Shown here piece after piece: positions 50,306 to 63,664 of a DNA stretch of 64,000 nucleotides. Source of the stretch: Hydrolagus colliei (taxonomy: Eukaryota); assembly GCA_035084275.1 (NCBI GenBank), contig CM068754.1:13888001-13952000 (forward strand), written 5' to 3'. A model generated the notes under the pieces. That model worked only from the letters and a program-made list of their open reading frames with translations. It did not search any database and was not told the DNA's origin. The position numbers were made by a program, and so were the translations under genes. Within the stretch, counting starts at the first letter, position 1, and every line of letters starts with the position of its first letter.

Positions 50306-53300
50306 TTGACCGTAAAGATATTCGGAAGCGAGCAGTTGTACTTAAGTACGCTGAAGTGCACTTCGTCTGAGCATTGCGCATTCATTGTACTGCACTGCTC
50401 GTTTTAAAATGTAGGGTTTTCTTTTTTTTAAAATGTATTAAGCCACAAGAAAAAAATATTGTTTCTTTGCAATTCCAGTTGAGTCGTTTTGAATCATCCT
50501 TTGATAGACAAGCAATTAAACTGGCAGAATAAGATGGCGGTAGTAATACCTAGGAACCTGGAAACATTACAGACATACACATGTGGTTTCAGTCACTTAA
50601 TTGCGCACAAGACCTCCAGGTTTGAAGCTTGAATCCAGTCTTGTCTGGTTTGTTTGTAAACCTGGTCACAGTTTCCCAAGTATGAGTTTTTCCGGCCATG
50701 GTTGTATTATTTTTGGAAAGGTAGGAATCCCTACAATCGCCCCTCCCAGTGAACGATCTTAGTCACAGCGCTGACACCTGACAACATTGGTCACAGCAGG
50801 GAGAGAGACGAACCACAGTAAATTGAATTGATTCATCTCCAGCTCAGCAGCAGTATTTTACCTTCTCCTCAGTGGGAAAGATGGACAATAGCCCAGTGGC
50901 ATGCATAAGCTCACTTTGAGTGGCGCCCTGTCATTGAGCTGCTATGCTGTATTATGTCATTTCCACTTGCTAAGCAGCCAAAGTCAAATCAAACCAATGT
51001 GCAGGGCCATGGAATGGATTGCAAAGTAGCATTTGGAGGTTCGTAAAAGATATTTAAAATAGGTCTTAGAAAGTGATGAATAAAATACAAAGTTACATTC
51101 ACATAACTCCTCTTATGTCAGGAAGATCTTGCAAAGCGCTTGATGCCATTTAACTATTGGAAGGTTGCATAGCTATTCACATTCTTCTACTCAGTGCTTT
51201 GTTCCCAAGAGGCCAGTCTCACCTTGAAATCATACCAAAGGACATCGGGATTATGGTTCATATATTCATTCATATTGCTCCAAGCAATAAAGGTGTTTTG
51301 TAAATTGCGCAGCAGAACTAGAGCCTAATATGAAAAATGATACCCGAATATTAATTTTGGCTTCCAGCTGCAAGAAACTGAACAGAAATAATTTCTTTGA
51401 AAAATGTTTGCTGGAAAACAAATTTAATTGGAACGAGATTGCTGTTATTTTCGGTTCCTTCTGGAAGCCAGGGTGCCATTTGATTGTCCTTAACTGGATT
51501 TCCCAAATGTTTGTGTGACATTTTGGAATTGCTACATTGCCTTGTAAAATTCCCCAATCTACAGACGGTTTAGACTAAATCAACTTGCAAAGGGAATTGG
51601 AAAGAGCAAACTGTGCATTTGTTGAAGCTGCCTCCTCATTGACTCTTCAGATGGTATGGCAGCTTTACCATTTTCACACCAGCATAGCAAAATTCATAGT
51701 ACACCATTCATCACACGAATGTTGGAATCACCATATCCCATCAATAAAATCGCATGGAATAGAAGGAGGCCATTCAGCCCATCGTGAAAGAGTAGTTTCC
51801 ACATCCCTGCTCTTATGGAATCGTTGTATTAGATTTTACTTTCATGTAATCTATCGGAATAATGGGGAATAATGAAAAACACAGATAATCTAAACTGTGG
51901 TATTTCATAACCTGTAGATTCAGCGGTTACATTTAAAAGTGAACTGCCTTAGAAAACAAAAAAAAAGTATAAAGGAGAAAACAATGAAAAGAAAAGAATT
52001 ATGCAACAAGAGAGGCTGGACAGTAAAATAAGGAAAACAAGTTTATATGTATGAAACAAAGAAAAATAGTAAAATGAAAAGTTGAAAGATGTCTGTAAAT
52101 AATAATCTCCCTCCTTTTATTGCAGCCACTAAAACGTTTCAGTGGACACATGACAACTTTATTGGACTTTAAAAAATGATTATGCCATTATGTAGCTAAC
52201 AATAACTAATGTATACAAGATGTGCTCGTACCGTTAATATAGAATAACTGAGGTTACCCAGAGTAAATTAATTAGAATGGGAGAAGTTCCAAACAGACAT
52301 CTGTTATGAGTTGGACTGCGTGCCTCAGATCAGCTACACGGAAAGCATTATAGAAGATTTAAATTTTTTTCCCAAAATTGTTACCAAAACACAAGTACGA
52401 GTCGCAGATTAGGCAGTTTAGATGCCATTTTAAACTGAGAGCGAAGTTTGAGTAGTTTTATCAGTGCCATCTGAACCCTGAGGTTAGTTACTACTGTCAA
52501 ATACATATTCTGGCACTTTATTCCCCCCATCCATTGTAATAAACACAAAACAAAAACCACAAGGACAAATTCCAAAATGAAGCAGTTAATCAAGTTGAAC
52601 ATTAAACAAAGTCATCAGTTCACAATATGTGTTAAACGAAACATGTTTAAACATAACTTATGTTTCTCGTTGCTGGATGTGTTATAGGCTTTGTGAAACT
52701 GAGAGCACAGCTTTCTTTATAAGTCGTTGAGTGCGTTGTTTTCACTTGTTACTTTTAAGAATGGCAAGGTTGTCTACTCTGTAAGATGATTTCTAAGGAG
52801 GAGTGATGGAAAAGAGAGAAGGGTGTCAGAGAAGTAACTGTACAACATTGTTTTCAACTTGTGTTGTGTAACTTCCTGGATATAACTTGTCAGGTGAAAC
52901 TCAAGCTTAACAGGTAGAATGCTGAGATCTGTTTGGGATAGTGGAAGATAGTACGGTGGTAGGCATGTTGGATGTAATTTCTCCCAGTGAATGAATGGGG
53001 ACAGGATTCTATGCATAATTGTGTATTTTTGTTGCGTGGTTTGGTATATTAAGGTGAATCACAACAGATATTATCACATTTATTATCACAGATATTATCA
53101 TAGTTTTAACAGTCAACTGGTGCTCTTTTCGGGTGTGTTTTGATCCTGAAAACATAAGATTTATTTCCTGCTTTAAACTGCTATTAACCGATGAAAATGG
53201 AGTTCCTCCACAGTACAGGCACTATACTTCATCAGGAGTCTGTGAAGCTTTTGAGATGTCCTCCTAAAGTGAAAGGCGCTGTATCAAATGCCAGTTTCAT

Positions 53301-53584
53301 TACTTACAGTTAAAAGGAGGGTTTATTGCCACAAGAATTTGATCTCGTCAAATCGATCTTAACCAAATCAAATTTAATTTATTCAATTAAACTGAAAGTT
53401 AAATTTAAGCGTTGTTGTGTGTGGGAGATGGGTGTGCACAAATGTGCTACCAGGTTCACCCAAAAAATACACAGTTACACAAAATCCTATGAAGACCTTT
53501 GAAATGTTTTGATATTTTTTATATTGCTGGTGTTTTCTATCAGAGCAGTTGGTATTCACCAATACAATACGGTATAAGATTCAG

Positions 53585-53677
53585 ATTCAATTCACTTTGC
53601 AGCATATTCTGTGAAGCGCTTTGAGATGTCTCAAAGACTTGATGGGTGCAATATCAAATGCAAGGATTACTATTATT
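53585..53677 (+). mobile_element. Family A SINE 3' fragment (other short tails near 26815, 53240, 56785, 57165, 60410)
   Basis: caattcactttgcagcatattctgtgaagcgctttgagatgtc...tatcaaatgcaaggatta. Confidence 0.78.
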
Positions 53678-55961
53678 TAAATTGGATTTGCTCTATCACA
53701 AATTGTTTCAAGAGGCCTTGTGTACACAAGCCATGAATTTTGATGCTTTTTCCGATAATGCATCCTTATTCTACTTGGTATTTCACAAAAGGCAGTTATT
53801 GCTGCAAAATAGTTTATCACCAACACAAGAAAAGCATGATAGAAATAATGATAATATGATGAGTGCAGCTATTATCTTCTGAAAATAAATCTGCAACAAT
53901 CTTCTATAGAGTAGCTGCAAATTTATTACTGAATGATTTTCATGCTTCTAAATCTAAAATGGAGCTATGAATGCCAACAAAATGGTTAGTGCTCTTTTAT
54001 CCTCTATCCTGGCCCTCTCCAAAACCCCTAATACCCCGCTGATGTATTCTTTTGCACCCTTGCCTGATTAAGTGTCTAAGCTCTAGTGACAGAACTAAAG
54101 AAACCATAGTGATAAGAGGATACAAGCTCTGGCTGAAACCATACATATACCGGCAATCACAGTCATTCACACTGAGTTAATAACCTGAGTTCCAATTAAC
54201 TCAATGATCCACAAACAACCCTAATGCACTTGCAGTCTGTCACAGATTCCCCATGGGATTAGGACAGCACCGATAAAACCTGAAGCAAGTCGACTTTATC
54301 AATGAAAACATACAATTTACTACCAGCAAACATGATTGTAAGGCATTCCTGTACTTTATTCTAATATTTTCCTGTAGCTGTTAATATATTGTCTGGTGTG
54401 CTGGACTACAAGCAGTCAAGTTAGAGTTTACAGCTGATACACTCAGTCAGTGCAGTTATCAATGTATAATGCATGCACATCAGGCACTAAACACAAAACA
54501 TAGCATTGTGTGTGTTTTAATAAGAAATCCATTATATTAGAGCAATAAAAATCTCATTAATATTTGACAATTTGGTACATGATAGATGTGACACAAAATG
54601 GCATCAAATGGACGCTAATTGTGCAGTACAAATGGGGCATTGGATAAACTCTACCTGGAGACAGATGGAGTGTGAGTTTTCAAACTATTAGTGACGTTCA
54701 CGTAATGACCCCTGCTGTGAACAAATCGCCATATAAGGAAAACAGTTAAAGAGTGACATTCAAACAGGGATTCATAACAGCAAGAACTTGCATCAGAATA
54801 ATAATGCTCGCCAATATTAAATGAGCGGAAGAAAAATAAACTGCCCCCAGTTTCCAGCAACACAAAGAATGACACTCAATTAATGTTATATTCAAATAGA
54901 AATGAGTGTGTTTTTTTTGGATAGGGTAGGGGGTGTGGGCTGGTATCAGAGATTCCTTAACATGTCTTCAGCAGGAGGTTCTGACCTGGTTCTACAGTCT
55001 TGAATTCAATTCCCAGACCAGCTCATTACTGAATCTTACTTGTCAATCACTCCGTTAGGCCTCTGATGTAGTTTGAGGGTCTCACGGGAATTGGAACCAT
55101 CACTCTACCCTTTTGTGTTGTCGGTGTTGTGATTCAAAGAGGATTTTCTTTTCAAACAGTGGAGCTTGGAAAAGTGCAATATTTTCTTTCCCCACCCTGC
55201 CTGCTCCCTTCATTTTGATTTAAGCGCCAATAGATTTTTCATGGTGTGCGGAAATGTTTTTGTTTTGTAAGCTTTTGGCTATTTCTCGTAGCCTTTGAAA
55301 CCATTTCCATGAGGATATAACTTAATGCAACTGCACAAGTAAATCCAAGACTAGAATTAGGAAACATCTGTTCGCTGCTTGAATACATATGCTCTGAGTA
55401 GGCTTTCTGCTGGGGCAGTAAAAAAGGCATTCCCTTCACACCTCTGTGGTAGACAGTTGAATGGAGGCTTACAACAGACTTTCATGCCAATTTGAGAAAT
55501 GTATGGACAATTTTCAATTCATGTTGCTAGAATTGGTATGTCCCATTATTAATGAAATGCCATGTACGCATTCTACTTTTATGCTAACAAAGGCCATATT
55601 CCATTGACCGAGCTGTGAAGAAGCACTATTGCTATAAAGATTGGAATGCTTTCTACATTATTTACCTATTCTTTAACTGCAGAGAGATGAACAGCTATTG
55701 GGGCTGAATGAAAGATGAGAGTCAGACACTTAAGTAACACGAGAGCAAAAATAAACATTTGGGCCTGGATTGCACAGTGGTTACACGCCCGTCTCTGGCA
55801 CCTAGGATTGAGTGCAACCTGTATACCTGTAAAATGACGCAATTTCTTGTAAAGTTCCTTGTATCCATTTATAATATGTTTATTGCAAAATAAATGGAGG
55901 CGCCTTCTCACCAGCTCCTCCAACCAAGTATAGCTAAGATCGGGTCCGAAACTCTAACTGC

Positions 55962-56025
55962 CCACCGTCTTGGGACGTCCTCCCAACATGAAAGGCACTA
56001 CAGAAATATAATTTTGTTGTTGTGG
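55962..56025 (+). mobile_element. Isolated L2 3' tail (similar ones near 25735, 48455, 62425)
   Basis: cttgggacgtcctcccaacatgaaaggcactacagaaatataattttgttgttg. Confidence 0.75.
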
Positions 56026-56847
56026 TTCGTTGTAATTGACAAATTAGAGTGTAAATTGCCGGGAGAGTTCCTCATCACCATTGCAGCCCAGCGATGCTCA
56101 GTAAGGGTGCTGGAACTACTAGGTTAAAAGCATCCTCTTGACGTACTGCTCCATTCAACGGCTAGGCTAAGAACAATCTCTATTTTCCCAAATGGGAGCC
56201 AACCAGTTTGAGTGACAGGGAGCCTTGAGATTCAAACACGTGACCTTCTGTCGATAAATTCAACATTCAAGTAAGAAATTCTAGTCACCTTGTTGGTGGC
56301 ACAAACAATGCAGTCTCACCTTGAATTTCACCTCGATAACTTTTGCTACAACAGACAGCATTTATATTCTCCATTCTTTTAAATTTAACTCTGAAATCCC
56401 AACGGAGCTGCCTGTCATTGTTGTTCTGGTCCTAGTTCTGGGTTAGAGGCACCAGAGCAGCGGTAGATTATTTTAGTGTTTTTCAAGACTGCAGTATTTA
56501 GAAATTGCTCATTTCTGTGTCAATTACCAACCGGCATCCCCAGTGACCAGTGATGTAGTCAGGTCAAGTTAAAAGGCATGGAATATCATCTGACATTGTC
56601 TGGACTGTTATGACCTTGAATAAGAATTCTTGTATTCAAGCTATAATTACCTTCAGACATGATTCCTACGAACCAAAATGCTGTGTGAGCCAATGTGTGT
56701 ATGGCTGTTTATTTATTCTGCAGTCAGGTAATTCTGATACTGTTAATTGGGTATTTTTCCTGTTGAATTTTTATTGATTAAAAAAATAACAATCTTTATA
56801 TTTGATATGGCAGGCATTGTCTTATAGCTCTTCACAGAATAATGCAT

Positions 56848-57676
56848 GGAAAGTTCCAGGACTTAAAAATGAATTTGATTGGTCGCCAAAGGAAATACAA
56901 TTCATAATATATATTTGGCCGCTGTGACTTAATTCGCTGGGCTAGTTATGATTTTGCAAGGAGTTTTTGACACGCCTGACAAATATAAAATAAGTCTCTT
57001 AATGCTGTATTTATGCTTCTTTGCTTCTGACAGTATAACAACATGGAACAGGGTGTCAGATTCACACGTTTCCTCCCTCCACATTGAGTCATGTCAGCAC
57101 ATTATTTTCTGGATCGCGCATTTGTTTTTTAAGAAGCATTGAAGAGCCAGCTGAACAATTGAGTCCTCCAGATATAAAAGGCGCTACATCAGTTGCAAGG
57201 ATTATTATATTTAGTGTCTGCACTTGATGCCACCTGAAGGAGATGATTTAGGTGCAGTGTGGTTTACACCCACGCATTGTAAACGTGGGTGGCCGCAAAT
57301 CGCACTTGGCTAGCTCCTACATTCAAAATTCTCGACTGAATTATATTTTATGCTGTTAGACCTAGTTGTTCAACTGGCTCGTCAATAGATTGCAAAACAA
57401 AATGCATGATGTTAGCGTAATGTGCTGACTTGACCCGATGTGGAGGGCCACACGTGTAAATCTGACACCCTGATGCATTTTGCCATAGTGTCAGGGAGTA
57501 AAGCAGCGTAAGCACGGCATTAAGGAACGATATTTGTCTGGCGTGTCAAAAACCCCTTGAAAAATCATAACTAGCCCAGCGAAATGAGTCACAGCGGCCA
57601 AATATATATTAAGAATTGTATTTCCTTTGGCGACCAGTCAAATTCATTTTAAATCCTGGAAGTTTCCCCCGGCCTG
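56848..57676. mobile_element. ~820-bp palindromic (foldback) element, probably a non-autonomous DNA transposon
   Basis: 56848-56986 and 57530-57667 are inverted copies with 10 differences in 139 nt by hand alignment. Weaker inverted similarity continues inward to a central hairpin cacccacg-cattgtaaa-cgtgggtg. Confidence 0.85.
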
Positions 57677-59332
57677 CTGTTAGGTGAAGCAGGATGGAGC
57701 CACATACTGTGAAGAAGCAGAACAGTTTGACAGAATCTAGTAACAAAACACGAAGCTGCTAATTCCAGAGCAAACTGCGCAGGTTCAGCAGTAAGTGATT
57801 TCACCAACACTCCGGAGACTATTTTGACAAATGTTTTGTTTCAAGATTCTGTCAAGGTTTCCACAGAGCGTGGTGATTATGGCTCCATCTTAGCAGCAGG
57901 ACCAAGATACGAGAATGTTTTAAGTGAATTAGAGTGATTTTAAAGCAAGATAATCGATCAAATAAAATCTGACCAGTATAATTGGTTTCACTAAATTTAA
58001 TTGGTCATAATTTTGTGATGATATGTTTGATTCAGCTGACAAATCTTGTCCTCTAAGGTGTATCATGACATTATAGCATAGCCGTAACAGTTGATTTTAC
58101 ACAATTACATTGCATGAAAGCAATAATTTAATATATTAGGAACTTTAATGATTTTTAAGGCAAGTCATTGCACATTACGATTTCTGAAAGTGCCGAAATT
58201 ATTCTTTGAGGCAATTTATCACAAGATTATAGTAAATGATGTGTTGAAGATCATTTAATAATAGTGCAGTTGTGCAGTGGTGGTTGTCCAGAAAATACGG
58301 ATGTTGCAGGCAATTTCCTCCGGATTGGTGATGGAGCAGGGACTCTGTGCACTGAAATTGCTCACAGAAACATTTTTTTGGCTGACGATCGTAACAGACA
58401 GGGTTCCCTGTACGACTGGCTAGGAGGCAGACGTCGTAAAAATAAATCTTAAAAATAACCCTTGTCAGAGAATTTAACAAGACTCAGACTTGATCAATAA
58501 TCCTGACGGGGAAGCATGATCTCACCGTATTTTGTTATTGCACATTTCATTCCCAAGCTGCCAACAAGCAGGCTCCAACCTTGTGAGTCACGCAGTTCAA
58601 GCAGTGTCCTAAGACAGCCAGACAGCCAGGCTTTCGAAAGGCTGCACAGCAAGTGCAATGAGACTGTTTTCATTGTGAGGTTTGACAAATGATCCGTACA
58701 GCACCTAACGATAAGTTTAAAGAATAGTGCGGTAAAAATAGTGTCAGTTATTGAAGCACAGAATAAATAGTCCTTGGCACTAAAAGAAGAACATCAATAG
58801 AGTAGTCAGATGATTGGATCTAAGAAGAAGAGGAGGAGAGAGCAAATGATACTTTAAGGTGAAGTATTGAATTTCTAGATGGAAACTAAAGCTGAAATGA
58901 AAACTGAGTGCAGGGTTCAGAGATACAGCACTTCACATCTATTTGGTCAAACCGTGCCCAAACTGTAATATCTATTTAACAGAATGAGCCAAAAATGTTT
59001 GAAACATGCTTTGAAACAGAAAAGCTTTTGATTTTTTTTCTCTCTGTGGGCTATAAAGCATGTTGTTCATTAGTTGGGAGCCTTAATGATGTAATCACCT
59101 GAACTGATCATGTTTCACTGAAATTTCACTTGTCCAACTATCAAGGCTGCTGGAAAGAAATGCCTCTGCAGAAAATTTGTGCCAAATTGCTGAACTTGAA
59201 ATAGCTCTGAAACAAATCGATGCTGTTCTCTTTTGCATTTTAACAGACTGTGCTGTGCTTATGTGAGCATATGAAGTATTTACTGCCTGGTGTTTACTTG
59301 GTTAACTTTGCTCTCTCTCTCTCTTTTTCCAG

Positions 59333-59495
59333 CAGTATTGCTTTGCAGAATTCCCACAGCACAGGGTCAGGGCATTCCAGTGGTGGATCAAGCAGCTCCA
59401 GTGAATCTGGGAGCAGTTCCGAATCTGATTCAGACAGCGAAAGCAGTTCCAGTGATAGTGAGTGCAATAAAGCTTCACGCAATGCAACGCCAGAG
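59333..59495 (+). CDS. AFF2: AFF2 Ser/Asp/Glu-rich (pSER/SDE) exon: [54 protein letters not shown]
   Basis: (CT)n tract then ccag|CAG; ends GAG|gtaagg; 163 nt, phase 2-0. Part of ORF 59250..59570. Matches human [33 protein letters not shown]. Confidence 0.93.
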
Positions 59496-60680
59496 GTAAG
59501 GTGGTCTCTCCTCAGCCAGACGCATGTTATGGGGGTGGGGTCTGTACTCCCAGCCAGATACCTTCATTGACAAGACTGATGACGGCTGTGTCCATAAATA
59601 GATTTATCTTAAAATGTGGCCTGAGGTCTCTGATATGTTTTTTCTCATTACATTTGATTTGTTACCTAATTAACAACATTGCGAATTTCCTCATGATAAT
59701 ACTTAGCTTGTCCCGTGAATACCTACAGTTTCCTGCCTTAAACCCCTCCTCTTCTATTGGAGCAGAGTCCATTGAGTAAAATTGGGACTGTGCCTACACA
59801 ACTGGACATGTTTCACATGTAAATAGGGCAGTTACTATCAGCTAGCTGTTCAGAAGAACTGGTTTGGTCCAGTTATAATCCTCCAAACTGGATGATGTGG
59901 AGGCCTAAATGGCCTAAATGCACATTAAAACAGGTCCACTCACACAAATGTACACAAAGAGGTACACACATCACAGATGAGTATACACATATAAAGATAT
60001 GCATACACATACATGCCCCTTGACAAATGTTAGCTGGATTGAAGCTTTAGTTGTTGTTTCCATTAATTTCCTTGGTTACTTGGTCAGGCAAAATCGGGTA
60101 ATGGATAACCATAAAGGTGGACAAACTTTGCACATCACCCATGTGTCTGCTGCGAGAATATTTTGCAATTCTGAGTAAGGTAAACACCATGGTAAGAAAA
60201 ATAAGTGTGCAATGAACTCTTTTATCAACAGCAAACAGAAATTGTTGCGAAATCTTTCGATTGAAAAGATATAAAAGTTTTGTCATCGTTTTAATTTGAA
60301 AAAGCATCAGCTTCATTATTGGGTGGGTGCCTTTTGATAGGTCAGTAGCACTCAGGAAACATTGTATTTTGTAGTTTTGAGCTATGCTGACTTTGTTTAG
60401 GAGAACTAGAATAATCCTTGCATTTGATACTCCTGAGAGAATCCGATATCCACACTAATTGGGACAAGCCCCAGTGTTGACAGGAAAACAATGTAGATAT
60501 CACCGTTCAGACAACATTCCATTAAAGTCATAATGATACATTCCTCCCATACATGCACGCAAACCGAAAACACAACTGACATCTTAAGGCACATGTGCGG
60601 ATCATCGGATTGTGCTGTGAATGCAATTGATTATTACTGTGAGATATAACCTAATTTTTTATTTTGCTTTTGTTTAATAG

Positions 60681-61682
60681 CCTGAACCACCTTCTACTAA
60701 CAAGTGGCAGTTGGATAAATGGTTAAACAAAGTAAACTCTCACAACAAAACAATTATAAACAATCAAACCGAGTGCCATGGGCTGAATGATTCTCAGTCT
60801 CAAGGCAACCAACAAAATGAAGGACAGAGCAAAGGTAAACAGACTGGTCCATTGCCTCAGCCAGATTCCAAAGAGAGAGTTTTGCTGAGCTCCATCAGGG
60901 AGAAAGCGAAACCGAGGACTGCTCAGAAACCTCCTGAAGGTAAAAGTGTGAAGCAAAAGTCACCGGCACATAATGAACCAGCTCCTCAGAGGAAAACCAC
61001 TGGCAAAAAGCAACCCAGGAGAGTTGAGCGGACATCCAGTGTGGAGGATTATAACTGGACCAAACCAAATAACCCCAGCAGCACTCCCAAAGAAAAGGAA
61101 AGTCGAGGAGCCTCTTCAGAACAACCCAAAGCAAAAGCAAAAGCAGCCAGTGGCAAAACAGGGCCTCGGAAAGAGCCAAGGACTAACACGGGTGTCGCTG
61201 TTGACAAGAAAAAAAACAGAGGGCCCAGTAAGATTCTGCCTAAATCTAGAGAATTTGTGGAAACTGATTCATCGGATTCTCACACAGACCAAGAAGAAAT
61301 TGTTCCAGTGAAAATCTCCACACCTTCCACTGTGACTGCCAGTTCGCTCAAACCTAAGGAATGTGGTAACCTCAGTAACTTTGCAAGTACCTTTATAAGC
61401 AGCACTTCCATTGACCAAGCCACTAATGACATAGAAGAACAATCATTTTCACCTCTTCCACTACCACAAACTGAACTTCTTTCCCCCCTGAGAGACGACG
61501 AAGAGGTCAAATCCCTCTGGGTAAAATTCGACTTAAGCCTCTTGTCCAGGATCCCTGGCCAAGCACCAGTGGAGACTGCCTCAACCAAGCCAGAGAACAG
61601 ACAGCCTATCAGTAAACACAGCTGTCAGTCCCCTACACCAGTTACAGATAAAAGCAGCACTAAAACAAAACGGAAACACAAG
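60681..61682 (+). CDS. AFF2: AFF2 large exon (334 codons): NKW motif, KSREFVETDSS, AF9/ENL-binding LWVKFDLSLLSRIP, basic NLS KTKRKHK
   Basis: tttaatag|CCTGAA...CACAAG|gttagt; 1002 nt, phase 0-0; ORF 60711..61715. AFF2-type peptides: PEPPSTNKWQLDKWLNKV, KERVLLSSIREKAKPR, SSTPKEKES, RKEPR, SDSHTDQEE, QTELLSPLRD. Confidence 0.97.
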
Positions 61683-63041
61683 GTTAGTAACCTTTTGGGA
61701 AATGAGCAGAAGTGAGGTTGAAAAACAGATTTTGTATATGTCCAGGAAACATTTCAGCTTTCACACATAGCTTTACCAGGTTATCAGACATCAGACCTGC
61801 TGAGGTGGTTCCATTAAAAAAATTAAATATGTGTTTTTATTTTATGTAGGTTTATATAAAGATTGTATTGTACAGAAGCAGCGCACTCACTCAGCTTAAC
61901 AGTCCACGACGGTGTTTATACTCCACACGAATCTTCACCCATTTCCTTACTCCCTCACGTTTCCCTCTCCGTCATGTGAAAGTTTAATTTCCTCTTGATG
62001 CATCTGCACCATCTGATTGAACCACTGCTTCAGGCAGCGAGTTCCACAATCTCACTATACCCTCATTACACTATCATTACCCTTTTTTTAGATGTCTTTG
62101 CTGTAAAGATTCTTTAACACTGCTGTAGAGACTATTAGCCTATAAATGTCACTTGCACTATCTTGGCTGAATGTTTAACCTGAATTTGCACAAACGTAAA
62201 GTGTTATTTATCAGAATTTTCGCAATACCCACTAACTTCCTTCCAGGGAGAGAATGCGCATTCCATTTCAACAATCTGTCTCCAGAATTTCTGTAGGTGG
62301 GACATATAGAAATCTGTTTGCTTTGCATACTCTAAAGCGAGGTAACGGGTTTCCACATTTGCCAGATATCCAGCTAACCACATAAAACACCTTACTTTAT
62401 AGGTGCATATTTACTTCTACATGCCTTGGGACATCCTCCTGACATGAAAGGCGCTGTACAAGTGTCATTTTGTTGTTGTTGTTTTACACAGACTCCGTGT
62501 TATTTTAGGATTTGAAAGGAAGATGGAAATATTATTTCTCAGTTGTAAACTAAGACTCACTGTGTCCTGTGGTTGGACAAAGGTTTTTGCTTTGAATTCC
62601 CCCAACAGGAATAAACACAATTGTAACTGAGCTGTCAGACAGGGACGCAGGCTGTTTGTTCACTATAGGGTGCACGTGAAAATCAGCAGATCTAGGCATA
62701 TGTCAGCACCTGACTGAAGAATAAATGGCTTCAGAAGAGACATGAGAGCAGATTAGCTGCCCTACCTCTTGGCTCTTACAAACAGTGCAAATCTGACATC
62801 AAGTGAAAGGTAAATCTGAGGGAGAGAGTGAAGAAAAGTCAAAAGCAAAATACCGTACTCTTTTTATCCAGCTTCTTTATAAATATTTTCTTCAGTTGTC
62901 ATTACTTGAACTTCTTGAGAAGCCAAGTACACTAAAGTTATCAAGTGTACTCAGAGCAAGCTTGAGGAAGGTCCTTTCTGTATGTTTTACCCTTTCTGTT
63001 GCTGTTTACCTTTTACAACTTGTACTTTCTTTTCTGACTAG

Positions 63042-63166
63042 TGTGAAAATACAGAAGCACTGTGTGACAGCAAGAAACAGCGCCTAGAGAAACAGACGCC
63101 TGCTGTAACTCCAGCACCTACCAGTTGTCCTGCCATCCCTGGCCATAAAACCCCAAACAGCAAAGA
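63042..63166 (+). CDS. AFF2: AFF2 exon: CENTEALCDSKKQRLEKQTPAVTPAPTSCPAIPGHKTPNSK(E)
   Basis: tttcttttctgactag|TGT...AAAGA|gtatgt; 125 nt, phase 0-2. KKQRLE and HK.PN..E as in AFF2. Confidence 0.9.
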
Positions 63167-63304
63167 GTATGTACCTGTACATTTATAGCCTCTGACGCCA
63201 TTGTAAATCAGTTTACTTATTAAATAGTGCCCCAAAAATCGAAAATAGATTTAATGCTGTACATATGTAAATAAAACATGCTTTTATAATACATCATAAT
63301 AATA

Positions 63305-63478
63305 ATAATCGTTTGATCACTCAATCCACGACTGTTTGTGAGGCACTGCAGTGCATAATTGCTGCTGCATGCCGCCCATAAAATATGCAGTCAATTCACT
63401 CTACAGTATATTCTGTGAAATGCTTTGAGATGCTTCGCGAAGACTTAATAAGGCGCTATAGCAAATGCAATTATTATT
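63305..63478 (+). mobile_element. Family A SINE 3' half in the last complete intron
   Basis: caatccacgactgtttgtgaggcactg...cagtcaattcactctacagtatattctgtgaa...ggcgctatagcaaatgcaattattatt. Confidence 0.85.
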
Positions 63479-63664
63479 GTTATGTCTTACATTGCACAGT
63501 GACAGAGGTAATTACTGTTTAATATAACAGTTCTGGTTGCAGTTATAGATTTAAATGAATTACCTTCAATTCATTTGTGATATTAAAAAGCAATATTAAC
63601 AGGTGAAAGGTGCAACACTGTACAAATCATCCCTGTTTTTTTTTCCTCCCCCTTTCCACTGTAG

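Noticed and set aside
52105-52185. Strong-looking acceptor ccttttattgcag as an extra or poison exon
   Set aside because: Immediate stop in the AFF2 frame, no clear donor nearby, and the protein alignment needs no extra exon.
60723-61588. Overlapping and antisense ORFs over the large exon
   Set aside because: Shadow frames of the AFF2 coding sequence.
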